64,000 nt of DNA from assembly GCA_029338875.1 (NCBI GenBank), contig JAQYBF010000051.1, positions 15,292 to 79,291 on the forward strand. Reading direction: 5' to 3'. The stretch comes from Lachnospiraceae bacterium. GTDB taxonomy: Bacteria; Bacillota; Clostridia; Lachnospirales; Lachnospiraceae. The notes under the pieces were generated by a model. It was not told the origin of the DNA. It did no database searches and saw only the letters and a list, made by a program, of their open reading frames with translations. Every line of letters begins with the position of its first letter. The stretch's first letter is position 1. Below are positions 10,428 through 19,598 of the stretch, piece by piece. Both the position numbers and the translations under genes were made by a program.

Positions 10428-11419
10428 AAAGACGTAGAACAGGTTTATTCGTATTTGTTCTGCTGCTATCGATCAGTGCAGTTTCTGTTTTGGGGACTGC
10501 ACTTTTTGTAAATTCAGGGAAAAATAAGAGTAAGAACAGTGAAAAGCTCACCATTGTGACCTCCTTCTATCCGGTCTATATTTCCGCTATGAATGTGACC
10601 GACGGGGCCAATGTCGATCTGGAGAATCTGACCGAGCCTTCGACCGGCTGCCTTCATGACTATACTCTGACACCCAAGGACATGAAGCTTCTGTCAACGG
10701 CGGATGTCTTTCTGGTCAATGGCGGCGGGATCGAGAACTTTCTGACCGATGTGGCAGAATCCTATCCCAATCTGAAGATCATCGATCTGTCTAAAGATTT
10801 TACCGACGAGGAACTGGAGCAGATCCATGAGGCCGGCGGGGATGCTGATTCCAACAGCGGGGACAGCTCTTCCGACAAAGATCATGAGGACCATGATCAC
10901 GAGGATGAAGCCAACGCTCATTACTGGATGAGCGTGACCCTGTTAAAGACCCAGGTCGATACCATGGCCAAGGGTCTGGCGGAAGCGGATCCGGCCAACG
11001 CCTCCCTCTACCAGTCTAATGCAGAGACTTATGAGAAGAAACTTGACAGCCTCCAGGACAAGGAGAAGGAAGTCGCAGGAAAGCTTTCCAATGCGGTCAT
11101 CTTCCATGCGGCCTTCTATTACTTCTGTCAGGATCTGAACTGCCGGGTGGCCTATACCCTGGATCTCGATGAGGAGCGCCAGGTCAGCGCCGGAGAGACA
11201 AGAGATACGGCAGATGCTCTGAAGTCCATGCAGAATCCGGTCATTCTGGCGGAGAAAACCTATGGCCAGGAGATGGCCGAACGTATGCAGGCCGAAACCG
11301 GCTGCAAGGTTGTCTATCTGGATCCTCTGACCCGGAGCAATGGAAAGTACGAGAAGGATGCCTATATCAAGGGCATGGAAGAGAATCTTGCGAAAATCGA
11401 GGCTGCGATCGGCTGGTAA
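10424..11419 (+). CDS. Zn/Mn ABC transporter substrate-binding protein
   Basis: TSFYP, LHDY, His/Asp-rich loop DHEDHDHEDE, NAHYW and FHAAF; N-terminal membrane anchor. Confidence 0.88.
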   Translation: MKRRRTGLFVFVLLLSISAVSVLGTALFVNSGKNKSKNSEKLTIVTSFYPVYISAMNVTDGANVDLENLTEPSTGCLHDYTLTPKDMKLLSTADVFLVNGGGIENFLTDVAESYPNLKIIDLSKDFTDEELEQIHEAGGDADSNSGDSSSDKDHEDHDHEDEANAHYWMSVTLLKTQVDTMAKGLAEADPANASLYQSNAETYEKKLDSLQDKEKEVAGKLSNAVIFHAAFYYFCQDLNCRVAYTLDLDEERQVSAGETRDTADALKSMQNPVILAEKTYGQEMAERMQAETGCKVVYLDPLTRSNGKYEKDAYIKGMEENLAKIEAAIGW

Positions 11420-11539
11420 TTTTGTCAGCGTGGATATCCGCTGAAAGACAGCCTTCTGATCTGTCTGAGCTGCAGACAGACCCGGTCCTCAGACCAGGCT
11501 TTTCGGATAAACGGATATTCCATCTAAAGGAGTAGTAAT

Positions 11540-12322
11540 TTGGAACAAGAAAGCAAAAACAAGGATAGGAATCCCTACCGGCGGAAGCTGATCCGTCCCT
11601 GCGGCCTCCACTGTGTCCGGGTCAATGATCTGGGCGTGAAATTCGGCGACCAGGTGGTTCTTTCCCATGTCAACCTCCATGTCCACTGCGGACAAATGCT
11701 GGCGGTGATCGGACAGAACGGAGCCGGAAAATCCACTCTGATCCGGGCTATGCTGGATGAAGTCAAGCACACCGGCACCGTGGAATTCCGAAACCGGGAA
11801 GCCGGCATGGTAAAGAAGCTTCGGATCGGCTATGTCCCCCAGAAACTGAATATTGACCGCAATACGCCCATGGATGTCTATGATCTGATCGCATCCTTTA
11901 AGAGCCGTTTCCCGATCTTCTTAAAGAGTAAGAAGCTCTACGGGGAAATCGAGGATGCCCTGGATGTCTTCCAGGCAAAGGATCTGATCGATCATCCGGT
12001 CGGCCAGCTGTCGGGCGGCCAGCTCCAGAGGGTCCTTCTGTCCATGGCTGTCATGGATGATCCGGACCTTCTCCTTCTGGATGAGCCGGTAGCCGGCATT
12101 GACCAGAACGGACTGGACCTCTTTTACAAGAATATGACCTACTTAAGAAACCACTATGATGCGGCCATTATCATTATTTCCCATGATCTCGACTATGTGA
12201 GAAAGTATGCGGACCAGGTGGTTCTTCTGGACCAGACGGTCAAGGCCAGCGGCAGCCCGGCAGAAGTCTATGCCAGCGAAGCCTTTCGTGAGGTCTTCGG
12301 AAGGGAGGACAGCTTACGATGA
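11540..12322 (+). CDS. Metal ABC transporter ATP-binding protein
   Basis: GQNGAGKST, IGYVPQ, LSGGQLQR, LLLDEP and SHD; TTG start after AGGAG. Confidence 0.93.
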   Translation: MEQESKNKDRNPYRRKLIRPCGLHCVRVNDLGVKFGDQVVLSHVNLHVHCGQMLAVIGQNGAGKSTLIRAMLDEVKHTGTVEFRNREAGMVKKLRIGYVPQKLNIDRNTPMDVYDLIASFKSRFPIFLKSKKLYGEIEDALDVFQAKDLIDHPVGQLSGGQLQRVLLSMAVMDDPDLLLLDEPVAGIDQNGLDLFYKNMTYLRNHYDAAIIIISHDLDYVRKYADQVVLLDQTVKASGSPAEVYASEAFREVFGREDSLR

Positions 12323-13122
12323 GTTCTCTTTTTTCCTATGAATTTATGAGGCTGGCCTTTGCCGCCGTTCTCTTAATCACACCTCTTCTCGGTATCTTGG
12401 GAACCATGGTGGTTCGAAAGAAGATGGCCTTTTTCTCGGATGCCCTGGGCCATTCAGCTCTGACCGGTATTGCCCTCGGCCTCTTCCTTGGCATCAGCGA
12501 TCCCTCTCTCTCCATGGTCATCTACGGTATTGTCTTTGCCTTCCTTCTTACGACCATTCAGAGAAGAAATCTATCTTCGACCGATACCATCATTTCGGTC
12601 TTTGCCAGCGGCAGTACGGCCATCGGTCTGGCCATTCTGTCTCACGGGGGCAATTTCTCGAACTATTCGGCCCTCCTGATCGGAGATATCCTTTCTATCA
12701 AGAAGTCCGAGGTTCTCTGGCTCCTTGTCATTCTCTGTGTGACCGTGGTTTTCTGGATTCTGGCCGTCAACCGCCTCAATGCCATCAGCATTCATGCCAC
12801 TCTGGCAAGGTCCGCCAATATCCAGGTCAAGCTGATCGAGGATATCTTTTCGATCCTGATTGCAGTCGTTGTCATGCTGTCCATCCGCTGGATCGGCATT
12901 CTTCTGATCAGCGCCCTGATGATCATCCCGGCCGCATCCTCGGCCAATATCTCTCGGAACATGAGAGAATATCACCTGTACAGCATTATATTTGCAGTAT
13001 TTTCAGGGGTGGTCGGCCTGATCGTAAGCTACTATACAAATGTAGCCACAGGTCCCATGATCGTGATCATCGCGGCCGTCATCTATTTCGCAGCCTATCT
13101 CTATGGCAGGAAAGGAAAGTAA
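12319..13122 (+). CDS. Metal ABC transporter permease (ABC-3 family)
   Basis: MAFFSDALGHSALTG motif and multiple TM helices. Confidence 0.92.
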   Translation: MSSLFSYEFMRLAFAAVLLITPLLGILGTMVVRKKMAFFSDALGHSALTGIALGLFLGISDPSLSMVIYGIVFAFLLTTIQRRNLSSTDTIISVFASGSTAIGLAILSHGGNFSNYSALLIGDILSIKKSEVLWLLVILCVTVVFWILAVNRLNAISIHATLARSANIQVKLIEDIFSILIAVVVMLSIRWIGILLISALMIIPAASSANISRNMREYHLYSIIFAVFSGVVGLIVSYYTNVATGPMIVIIAAVIYFAAYLYGRKGK

Positions 13123-14388
13123 ATGTCATCTGATCTAGTACTCCGTCTCATCATCATGCTGATTCTTCTGGCCATGTCCGCCTTCTTTTCCGGGGCAGAG
13201 ACGGCCCTGACAACAGTCTCTCAGATTAAAATGAAGACCATGGCCAAGGACGGAGACAGCCGGGCAGAGAGAGTACTGAAGGTATTAGAGAAAAAGGACA
13301 AGATGCTTTCGGCCATTCTGATCGGAAACAATATCGTCAATCTTTCTGCTTCCTCTCTGGCAACCACCGTTGCCACGAAGCTTCTCGGAAGTGTGGGCGC
13401 AGGCATTGCGACTGGAATTCTTACCTTTCTGATCCTGATCTTCGGTGAGATCACACCCAAAAGCAGGGCCCAGGTCCACAATGTCGACCTTTCCTTAAAA
13501 TATGCCGGCATTATTTATGTTCTCATGCAGGTTCTGACCCCGATTATCTTTGTCATCAATAAGATTTCCGGAGGAATCCTCCGCCTGATCGACGGAAACA
13601 AGGGCGAGGACGGTCAGAAGATGACTGAGGAAGAGCTTCGGACCATCGTCGATGAGAGTAAGGAAGAGGGCGTCATTCTGACCAACGAGCAGAAGTACAT
13701 TCATAATCTCTTCGACTTTTCCGATGCCACGGCCAAGGAGGTCATGATCCCCCGGATCGATGTCACCATGGTCAATGTCAACTGGTCCTATGAGAAGCTC
13801 ATGGATCTGATCCGGGAGGAAATGCTGACCCGGATGCCGGTCTATGAGGGCGACAAGGACCATGTGATCGGCATCATCAATGTGAAGGATCTGCTTTTGA
13901 AGAAAGACGGGGACTTCCACATCCGGGACTATCTCCGTGAAGCCTACTTTACCTACGAGCAGAAGAATACCCTGGAGCTTTTCCAGGAGATGCGGAAGAA
14001 CTCCATTTCCATGGCCATTGTCCTTGATGAATACGGAGCCGTGGCCGGCCTCATCACCATGGAGGACCTCCTGGAGGAGCTGGTCGGAGAAATCCGGGAC
14101 GAATACGACTCCGATGAAGAGGATGATATCGTGGTCCTTTCTGACCGGGAATTTCTGGTCCAGGGATCCATGAACCTGGAAGATCTCTGTAAGGTCCTGC
14201 CCTTAAATTTTGAATCGGATGACTATGACACCCTGGGCGGCTATCTGACCGGGCTCTTTGACCATGTGCCCGAGGTCGGCGAGACCTATGTGACCAAGGA
14301 GGGCATCCTCCTTCGGGTTGTTGCAACCGGCCATCAGAGAATCGAAAAGGTCCGCATCCGCTTTCCAAAAGCTGTGAAAATCGAATAA
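13123..14388 (+). CDS. Hemolysin/CNNM family protein (DUF21-CBS-CorC)
   Basis: Motifs SAFFSGAETAL, FGEITPK, EVMIPR, DEYG..GLITMED..EE and a C-terminal CorC domain. Confidence 0.93.
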   Translation: MSSDLVLRLIIMLILLAMSAFFSGAETALTTVSQIKMKTMAKDGDSRAERVLKVLEKKDKMLSAILIGNNIVNLSASSLATTVATKLLGSVGAGIATGILTFLILIFGEITPKSRAQVHNVDLSLKYAGIIYVLMQVLTPIIFVINKISGGILRLIDGNKGEDGQKMTEEELRTIVDESKEEGVILTNEQKYIHNLFDFSDATAKEVMIPRIDVTMVNVNWSYEKLMDLIREEMLTRMPVYEGDKDHVIGIINVKDLLLKKDGDFHIRDYLREAYFTYEQKNTLELFQEMRKNSISMAIVLDEYGAVAGLITMEDLLEELVGEIRDEYDSDEEDDIVVLSDREFLVQGSMNLEDLCKVLPLNFESDDYDTLGGYLTGLFDHVPEVGETYVTKEGILLRVVATGHQRIEKVRIRFPKAVKIE

Positions 14389-14465
14389 AAGCCGTCCAAA
14401 GTCAGGACGAATATGCTAGTATAATTAGGTATGCGTAAAGATACAGATCGGAAAAAGTGCGAAGT

Positions 14466-15428
14466 ATGGTAAGAAATCATCTGGTGAAAAAAAGTCTGGT
14501 CCTTCTTCTGACCGCATCGGCTCTCCTTACGACAGCCTGCGGTGCGGATATCAAGGCCCGGGACTCCTATAAGAAGGCCGGAATCGAGGAAATGTCGGAT
14601 GGCAGATATGAGGACGCCATCAAGGACTTTAACAAGGCCCTGAATAATTCGGGTACCAGGATCAATGCAGAGGTCATTGATATCAACTATTACAAGGCAG
14701 CAGCCCAGACCCTGTCCGGAGAGGACAAGGCCGCTCTGAAAACCTATACCTCTATCATCGATGCGAAGAAGTCGGCGGATGCCTACTATCTCCGCGGCGC
14801 CGCCTATCTGAAGCAGAAGAAGGTGACCCAAGCCGTCTCGGACTTCAAGAAGTCCATTGCCATGGACAAGACCTCCTATGAGAGATATTTCCGGGTTTAC
14901 TACAGCCTGGTAAATGCAGACCAGTCCGATCAGGCGGACAGGTTCCTGGACCTGGTCCTGGATCTCTCGGATAAGGACGGAAAGGCCCTGGAGGCCAAGG
15001 GAAAGGTTCTGGAAATCCGGAAGGATTACACGGGAGCCATCCGTTATTATAAGAAGGCCTTAAAGAAAGACCTGCCCGAGGCCCGAATCGATATGGCCAG
15101 AGCCTACCTGGCAGCCGGTGACAGCAAAAGTGCCGAATCCCAGATCAAAGCCTATCAGAAGTCGGAGAAGGAGACGGCGGAATCCTTAAACGCCATCGGA
15201 GAACTCCAGATGACAGAAAAGAAATATTCCGATGCTCTGAAATCCTTCCAGAAGGGCCTGAAATTAAAGGACAGTTCCATGGAGAAGACCCTTCTTCGAA
15301 ATGAGATCATTGCCCTGGAATATACCGGTGATTTCACCAGCGCCAAGAAAAAGTGCGAGTCCTACATCAAGGCCTATCCGGGAGATACGGACATGGCCAG
15401 GGAGTTCCAGTTCCTGGAGACCCGCTGA
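14466..15428 (+). CDS. Tetratricopeptide-repeat lipoprotein
   Basis: Lipobox LTTAC and several TPR-like repeats (AYYLRGAAYL, ALKSFQKGL). Confidence 0.8.
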   Translation: MVRNHLVKKSLVLLLTASALLTTACGADIKARDSYKKAGIEEMSDGRYEDAIKDFNKALNNSGTRINAEVIDINYYKAAAQTLSGEDKAALKTYTSIIDAKKSADAYYLRGAAYLKQKKVTQAVSDFKKSIAMDKTSYERYFRVYYSLVNADQSDQADRFLDLVLDLSDKDGKALEAKGKVLEIRKDYTGAIRYYKKALKKDLPEARIDMARAYLAAGDSKSAESQIKAYQKSEKETAESLNAIGELQMTEKKYSDALKSFQKGLKLKDSSMEKTLLRNEIIALEYTGDFTSAKKKCESYIKAYPGDTDMAREFQFLETR

Positions 15429-15540
15429 TAACGGCAGGAAATGATCTGTTCAGGGAGAATTGCAGTTTCGAAATGATAGAGATCTGTTTCCCCTGCAGTC
15501 CGCTTTCATGATATAGAGTCAAAAAGAAAAGGAGAAAGTT

Positions 15541-16473
15541 ATGATTCAGAAGCTGATTCAGGAAATCAAGGCAAAGGATGCACCGATTGTTGTCGGTCTG
15601 GATCCCAAGCTTTCCTATATACCGGAAGAAATTTTAAAGAAATCCTACACCGCATATGGTGAGACTCTGGAAGGAGCCGCAGATGCGATTTTCCGCTTCA
15701 ACCGGGGAATCGTCGATGCGGTTTATGACCTGGTTCCGGCCGTAAAGCCCCAGGTTGCCATGTATGAGCAGTTCGGTATTCCGGGCCTCATGGCTTTCAA
15801 GAAGACCATTGACTACTGTCATTCCAAGGGCCTTCTGGTCATCGGCGATGTCAAGCGTGGTGATATCGGATCGACTTCCGAATCCTATGCCATCGCTCAT
15901 CTGGGTAAAATCCAGGTCGGAAGCCAGACCTACGAGCCCTTCGCCGAGGATTTCGCCACCGTCAATCCTTATCTTGGAACCGACGGTGTCAAGCCCTTCG
16001 TAGATATCTGCCGCAAGGATTCCAAGGGCATCTTCGTCCTGGTCAAGACCTCCAATCCTTCCTCCGGAGAACTTCAGGACCGTCTGGTCAACGGTAAGCC
16101 CATTTATGAGCATGTGGCCGATAAGGTCTATGAATGGGGCAAGGACTGCATGGACGGAAATTACAGTGAGGTCGGAGCCGTCATTGGCGCCACCTATCCG
16201 GCCGTCGGGAAGCAGCTTCGTCAGGATCTGCCGCATTCCTATATTCTGGTGCCCGGCTACGGCGCCCAGGGAGGAAAGGGCAAGGATCTGGTTCATTTCT
16301 TCAATCCGGACGGACTTGGAGCCATCATCAACAGCTCCCGCGGTATCATCGCGGCCTATCTGCAGCCGGCCTATGAGAAATTCGGACCGGAGCATTACGC
16401 AGATGCCTCCCGCCAGGCTGTTCTCGACATGAAGGAAGATATTCACAATGCCCTGGATCAGGCTCTGAACTAA
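15541..16473 (+). CDS. pyrF: Orotidine-5'-phosphate decarboxylase (type II subfamily)
   Basis: Motifs VGLDP, DVKRGDIGST, KTSNP, PGYGAQGG and NSSR. Confidence 0.96.
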   Translation: MIQKLIQEIKAKDAPIVVGLDPKLSYIPEEILKKSYTAYGETLEGAADAIFRFNRGIVDAVYDLVPAVKPQVAMYEQFGIPGLMAFKKTIDYCHSKGLLVIGDVKRGDIGSTSESYAIAHLGKIQVGSQTYEPFAEDFATVNPYLGTDGVKPFVDICRKDSKGIFVLVKTSNPSSGELQDRLVNGKPIYEHVADKVYEWGKDCMDGNYSEVGAVIGATYPAVGKQLRQDLPHSYILVPGYGAQGGKGKDLVHFFNPDGLGAIINSSRGIIAAYLQPAYEKFGPEHYADASRQAVLDMKEDIHNALDQALN

Positions 16474-16604
16474 ACTTTCCTGAAATCGCTAGAAGTCAGA
16501 AAAGACAGATTGAAAGGCTGAAGACGGAAAAAGCCGGATTCAGTAAATAAAAGAGAAGTCTGAAACACTTGAAGATAACAGCAGAGATAGACGAGGAGAC
16601 AGAT

Positions 16605-17411
16605 ATGGGAGATCAGAAAGCCATGGTATGGGCCAGGGTGAGATCACAGGAAGCCCTGAACGAGAAAGAAGGAATCTACAGTATCTGGATAGAGACAGAG
16701 CTTTCGGACTATGCCCGGCCCGGACAGTTTATCGACTTCTATCTGGCAGATCCTTCAAGGATCCTGCCTCGTCCCATCAGTATCTGTGAGATCGATAAAG
16801 AAAATCATGCCATGCGCTGTGTCTACCGGATTGCAGGAGAGGGAACCTGGCAGCTGTCTGTCTTAAAGGCAGGTGATGCGGTCCGTATTCTGGCGCCTCT
16901 GGGAAACGGCTATCCCCTGGAAGAGGGAAAGAAGGGCCGGGCTCTTCTGATCGGCGGAGGCATCGGCATTCCGCCTCTTCTCGAGCTTTCCAAGGAGCTT
17001 GCCCGTCAGGGAAATCAGAAGCAGATCGCAGTCCTCGGCTATCGATCCAAGGATACCTTCCTTCTGGATGACTTTGAAAAGAACGCATCGGTCTATATTT
17101 CAACAGATGACGGATCGGCCGGAACCCATGGCACTGTCATCGACTGCATCAAGGAGCATGGAATCACCGGTAAGGATGTCGATGTCATCTATTCCTGCGG
17201 CCCCATGCCAATGCTCCGGGGCGTCAAGGTCTTTGCCGAAGAGGAGGGCATCCGCTGCTACCTGTCTCTCGAAGAGCGGATGGCCTGCGGCATCGGCGCC
17301 TGTCTCGGCTGCGTCACCAAATCTACAGAGATCGATGATCATTCCAAGGTGAAGAATAAGAGGGTCTGCACGGACGGCCCTGTATTTGATGCGAGGGAGG
17401 TGGACATCTGA
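16605..17411 (+). CDS. pyrK: Dihydroorotate dehydrogenase electron transfer subunit
   Basis: Motifs RPISI, GGGIG, CGP and MACGIGACLGC..VCTDGPVF; ATG 16605 follows GAGGAG. Confidence 0.95.
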   Translation: MGDQKAMVWARVRSQEALNEKEGIYSIWIETELSDYARPGQFIDFYLADPSRILPRPISICEIDKENHAMRCVYRIAGEGTWQLSVLKAGDAVRILAPLGNGYPLEEGKKGRALLIGGGIGIPPLLELSKELARQGNQKQIAVLGYRSKDTFLLDDFEKNASVYISTDDGSAGTHGTVIDCIKEHGITGKDVDVIYSCGPMPMLRGVKVFAEEEGIRCYLSLEERMACGIGACLGCVTKSTEIDDHSKVKNKRVCTDGPVFDAREVDI

Positions 17412-18319
17412 TGGCAGATCTTAGGACAGAGCTCTGCGGAGTCAGCTTAAAAAACCCGGTTATGACTGCTTCGGGTACCTTCGGCTCCGGCATGGAATAC
17501 AGTGAATTCATCGACTTGAACCGGCTGGGCGCTGTGGTGACCAAGGGCGTCGCCGACAAGCCATGGCCCGGAAATCCGACTCCGCGGGTCGCCGAGGTGC
17601 CGTCCGGCATGCTTAATGCCATCGGCCTTCAGAACCCCGGAATCGATACTTTTCTTGAAAGGGACCTGCCTTTCTTACAGCAGTTTGATACCAAGGTTAT
17701 CGTCAATGTCTGCGGCCACAGTGAAGAGGAATATCTGAACGTTGTGGATCGTCTTCAGGACCAGCCGGTAGACCTTCTGGAAATCAATATCTCCTGTCCC
17801 AATGTCCGGGAGGGCGGCATTGCCTTCGGCACGGACCCCAAGGGTGTCGAGCATATCACATCCGTCATCAAGGATCATGCAAAGCAGCCCGTGATCATGA
17901 AGCTTTCCCCCAATGTCACATCGATTGCAGAGATCGCCCGGGCGGCAGAGGCCGGCGGCGCCGATGCTCTGTCTCTCATTAATACCATCACCGGCATGAA
18001 GATCGATGTCGAACGGCAGAAATTTCTCCTGGCCAACAAGACCGGCGGTATGAGCGGCCCGGCTGTTCATCCGGTGGCTGTCCGCATGGTCTATGAGACG
18101 GCCCAGGCTGTTTCCATTCCCATTATCGGCATGGGAGGCAATACCACCTGGCAGGATGCCGTGGAGATGCTTCTGGCCGGAGCCACAGCGGTTTCGGTCG
18201 GAACTGCCAATTTCATGGATCCCGAAGCCAGCCTTAAGATGATCGACGGAATCAATGACTATCTGGACCGCCACGGAATCGAGAAGGTCAGCGAGATCAT
18301 TGGCGCTGTTCACAGCTGA
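17411..18319 (+). CDS. pyrD: Dihydroorotate dehydrogenase family 1B catalytic subunit
   Basis: Motifs ASGTFG, NAIGLQNPG, NISCPN, KLSPNV and GGMSG. Confidence 0.97.
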   Translation: MADLRTELCGVSLKNPVMTASGTFGSGMEYSEFIDLNRLGAVVTKGVADKPWPGNPTPRVAEVPSGMLNAIGLQNPGIDTFLERDLPFLQQFDTKVIVNVCGHSEEEYLNVVDRLQDQPVDLLEINISCPNVREGGIAFGTDPKGVEHITSVIKDHAKQPVIMKLSPNVTSIAEIARAAEAGGADALSLINTITGMKIDVERQKFLLANKTGGMSGPAVHPVAVRMVYETAQAVSIPIIGMGGNTTWQDAVEMLLAGATAVSVGTANFMDPEASLKMIDGINDYLDRHGIEKVSEIIGAVHS

Positions 18320-18418
18320 TAAGCGGATGTGTGAAAGAGAACATGGAGAAGACCGGCTGTCGGACAGAAAATCGGCTAAGGTCTGTGACATAAGAGAAAA
18401 TCAGGAAAGGACAGAACA

Positions 18419-19096
18419 ATGGAAGAATATCAGAAGGAATTTATTCATTTTATGATCGACAGCCAGGTACTGAAATTCGGTGATTTCATTACCAAGAGCG
18501 GCCGTAAGACCCCTTTCTTTGTCAATACCGGCTTCTATCGGACCGGCATGCAGTTAAAGAAACTCGGCGAATATTATGCCAAGACCATTCATGACCAGTT
18601 CGGCACGGATTTCGATGTCCTCTTCGGACCGGCCTATAAGGGCATTCCTCTTTCCGTTGCCACCAGCATTGCTCTTCACGACCTCTACGGCGTGGATGTC
18701 CGCTACTGCAGCAACCGGAAGGAAGCCAAGGACCACGGAGAGAAGGGCATTCTTCTGGGCGGACCTATTGAGGACGGCGACCGGGTTCTCATTATTGAGG
18801 ATGTAACTACAGCCGGTACCTCCATCAAGGAAACCATGCCTATTATCAAGGCTCAGGCCAAGGCGGATGTCGTCGGTCTGGTCGTCTCTGTAGACCGTAT
18901 GGAGCGGGGGCAGGGAGAAAAGGGTGCCCTGGAGGAGATCGGCGAGACCTATCAGATGAAGACCGCATCTATCGTAAAGATGTCGGATGTCGTCGAGGAG
19001 CTTTATCAGAAGCCCTATCAGGGCAAGGTCTATATCGGAGAAGACGAGAAGGCCCGGATTGATGCCTATTACGAGAAGTACGGGGCAAGAGCATAA
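18419..19096 (+). CDS. pyrE: Orotate phosphoribosyltransferase
   Basis: Motifs LKFGDF.TKSGR, FGPAYKGIP, RKEAKDHGE and IEDVTTAGTS. Confidence 0.97.
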   Translation: MEEYQKEFIHFMIDSQVLKFGDFITKSGRKTPFFVNTGFYRTGMQLKKLGEYYAKTIHDQFGTDFDVLFGPAYKGIPLSVATSIALHDLYGVDVRYCSNRKEAKDHGEKGILLGGPIEDGDRVLIIEDVTTAGTSIKETMPIIKAQAKADVVGLVVSVDRMERGQGEKGALEEIGETYQMKTASIVKMSDVVEELYQKPYQGKVYIGEDEKARIDAYYEKYGARA

Positions 19097-19114
19097 AAGG
19101 AGTAAGACAGATTC

Positions 19115-19438
19115 ATGAGAGCAGGCAGAAGACGGAGAAGAAGTGAAAAGAAACCGGTAAACAAGATCAGTCTTGTAACCATGGCATTCGGAATCCTGGG
19201 CTGCATTCTTTTCCTCTGGGTGATTTTCCGGTCAGTTTACGGAGGCAATACCGGCCGTGCCGAGACCGCCATCGGAGTCCTTTCCATTCTGGTCTCCTTT
19301 ATCATGCTGGTCCGGGGACTGATCGAAAACCGGAAGGATTCCTTCAACAGAAGCTCCCGCCTTCTGGGCTTCCTTTTCCCCCTGATTTCCTTCGGGCTGT
19401 GGATATCGGTCTACATTTTAGGAGCCATACGTGGATAG
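19115..19438 (+). CDS. Small membrane protein (3 TM; DUF6142-like)
   Basis: Basic N-terminus and three hydrophobic segments; RBS AAGGAG. Confidence 0.65.
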   Translation: MRAGRRRRRSEKKPVNKISLVTMAFGILGCILFLWVIFRSVYGGNTGRAETAIGVLSILVSFIMLVRGLIENRKDSFNRSSRLLGFLFPLISFGLWISVYILGAIRG

Positions 19439-19598
19439 GAACTAAGGAAATCCCAAAGCAGGATTCCATAATCCAGATCAGAATCATATGAAAATCCTGA
19501 AACGGGATCCCGTATGATATGAATTTCAAAATATTCTGATTATACATAAGCTGAAAATCAGATCAAGAATCAATACAAAACTAAGGACAATATTAAAA

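Noticed and set aside
15429-15540. Possible PyrR attenuator before pyrF
   Set aside because: No PyrR binding-loop consensus or U-tailed terminator seen.
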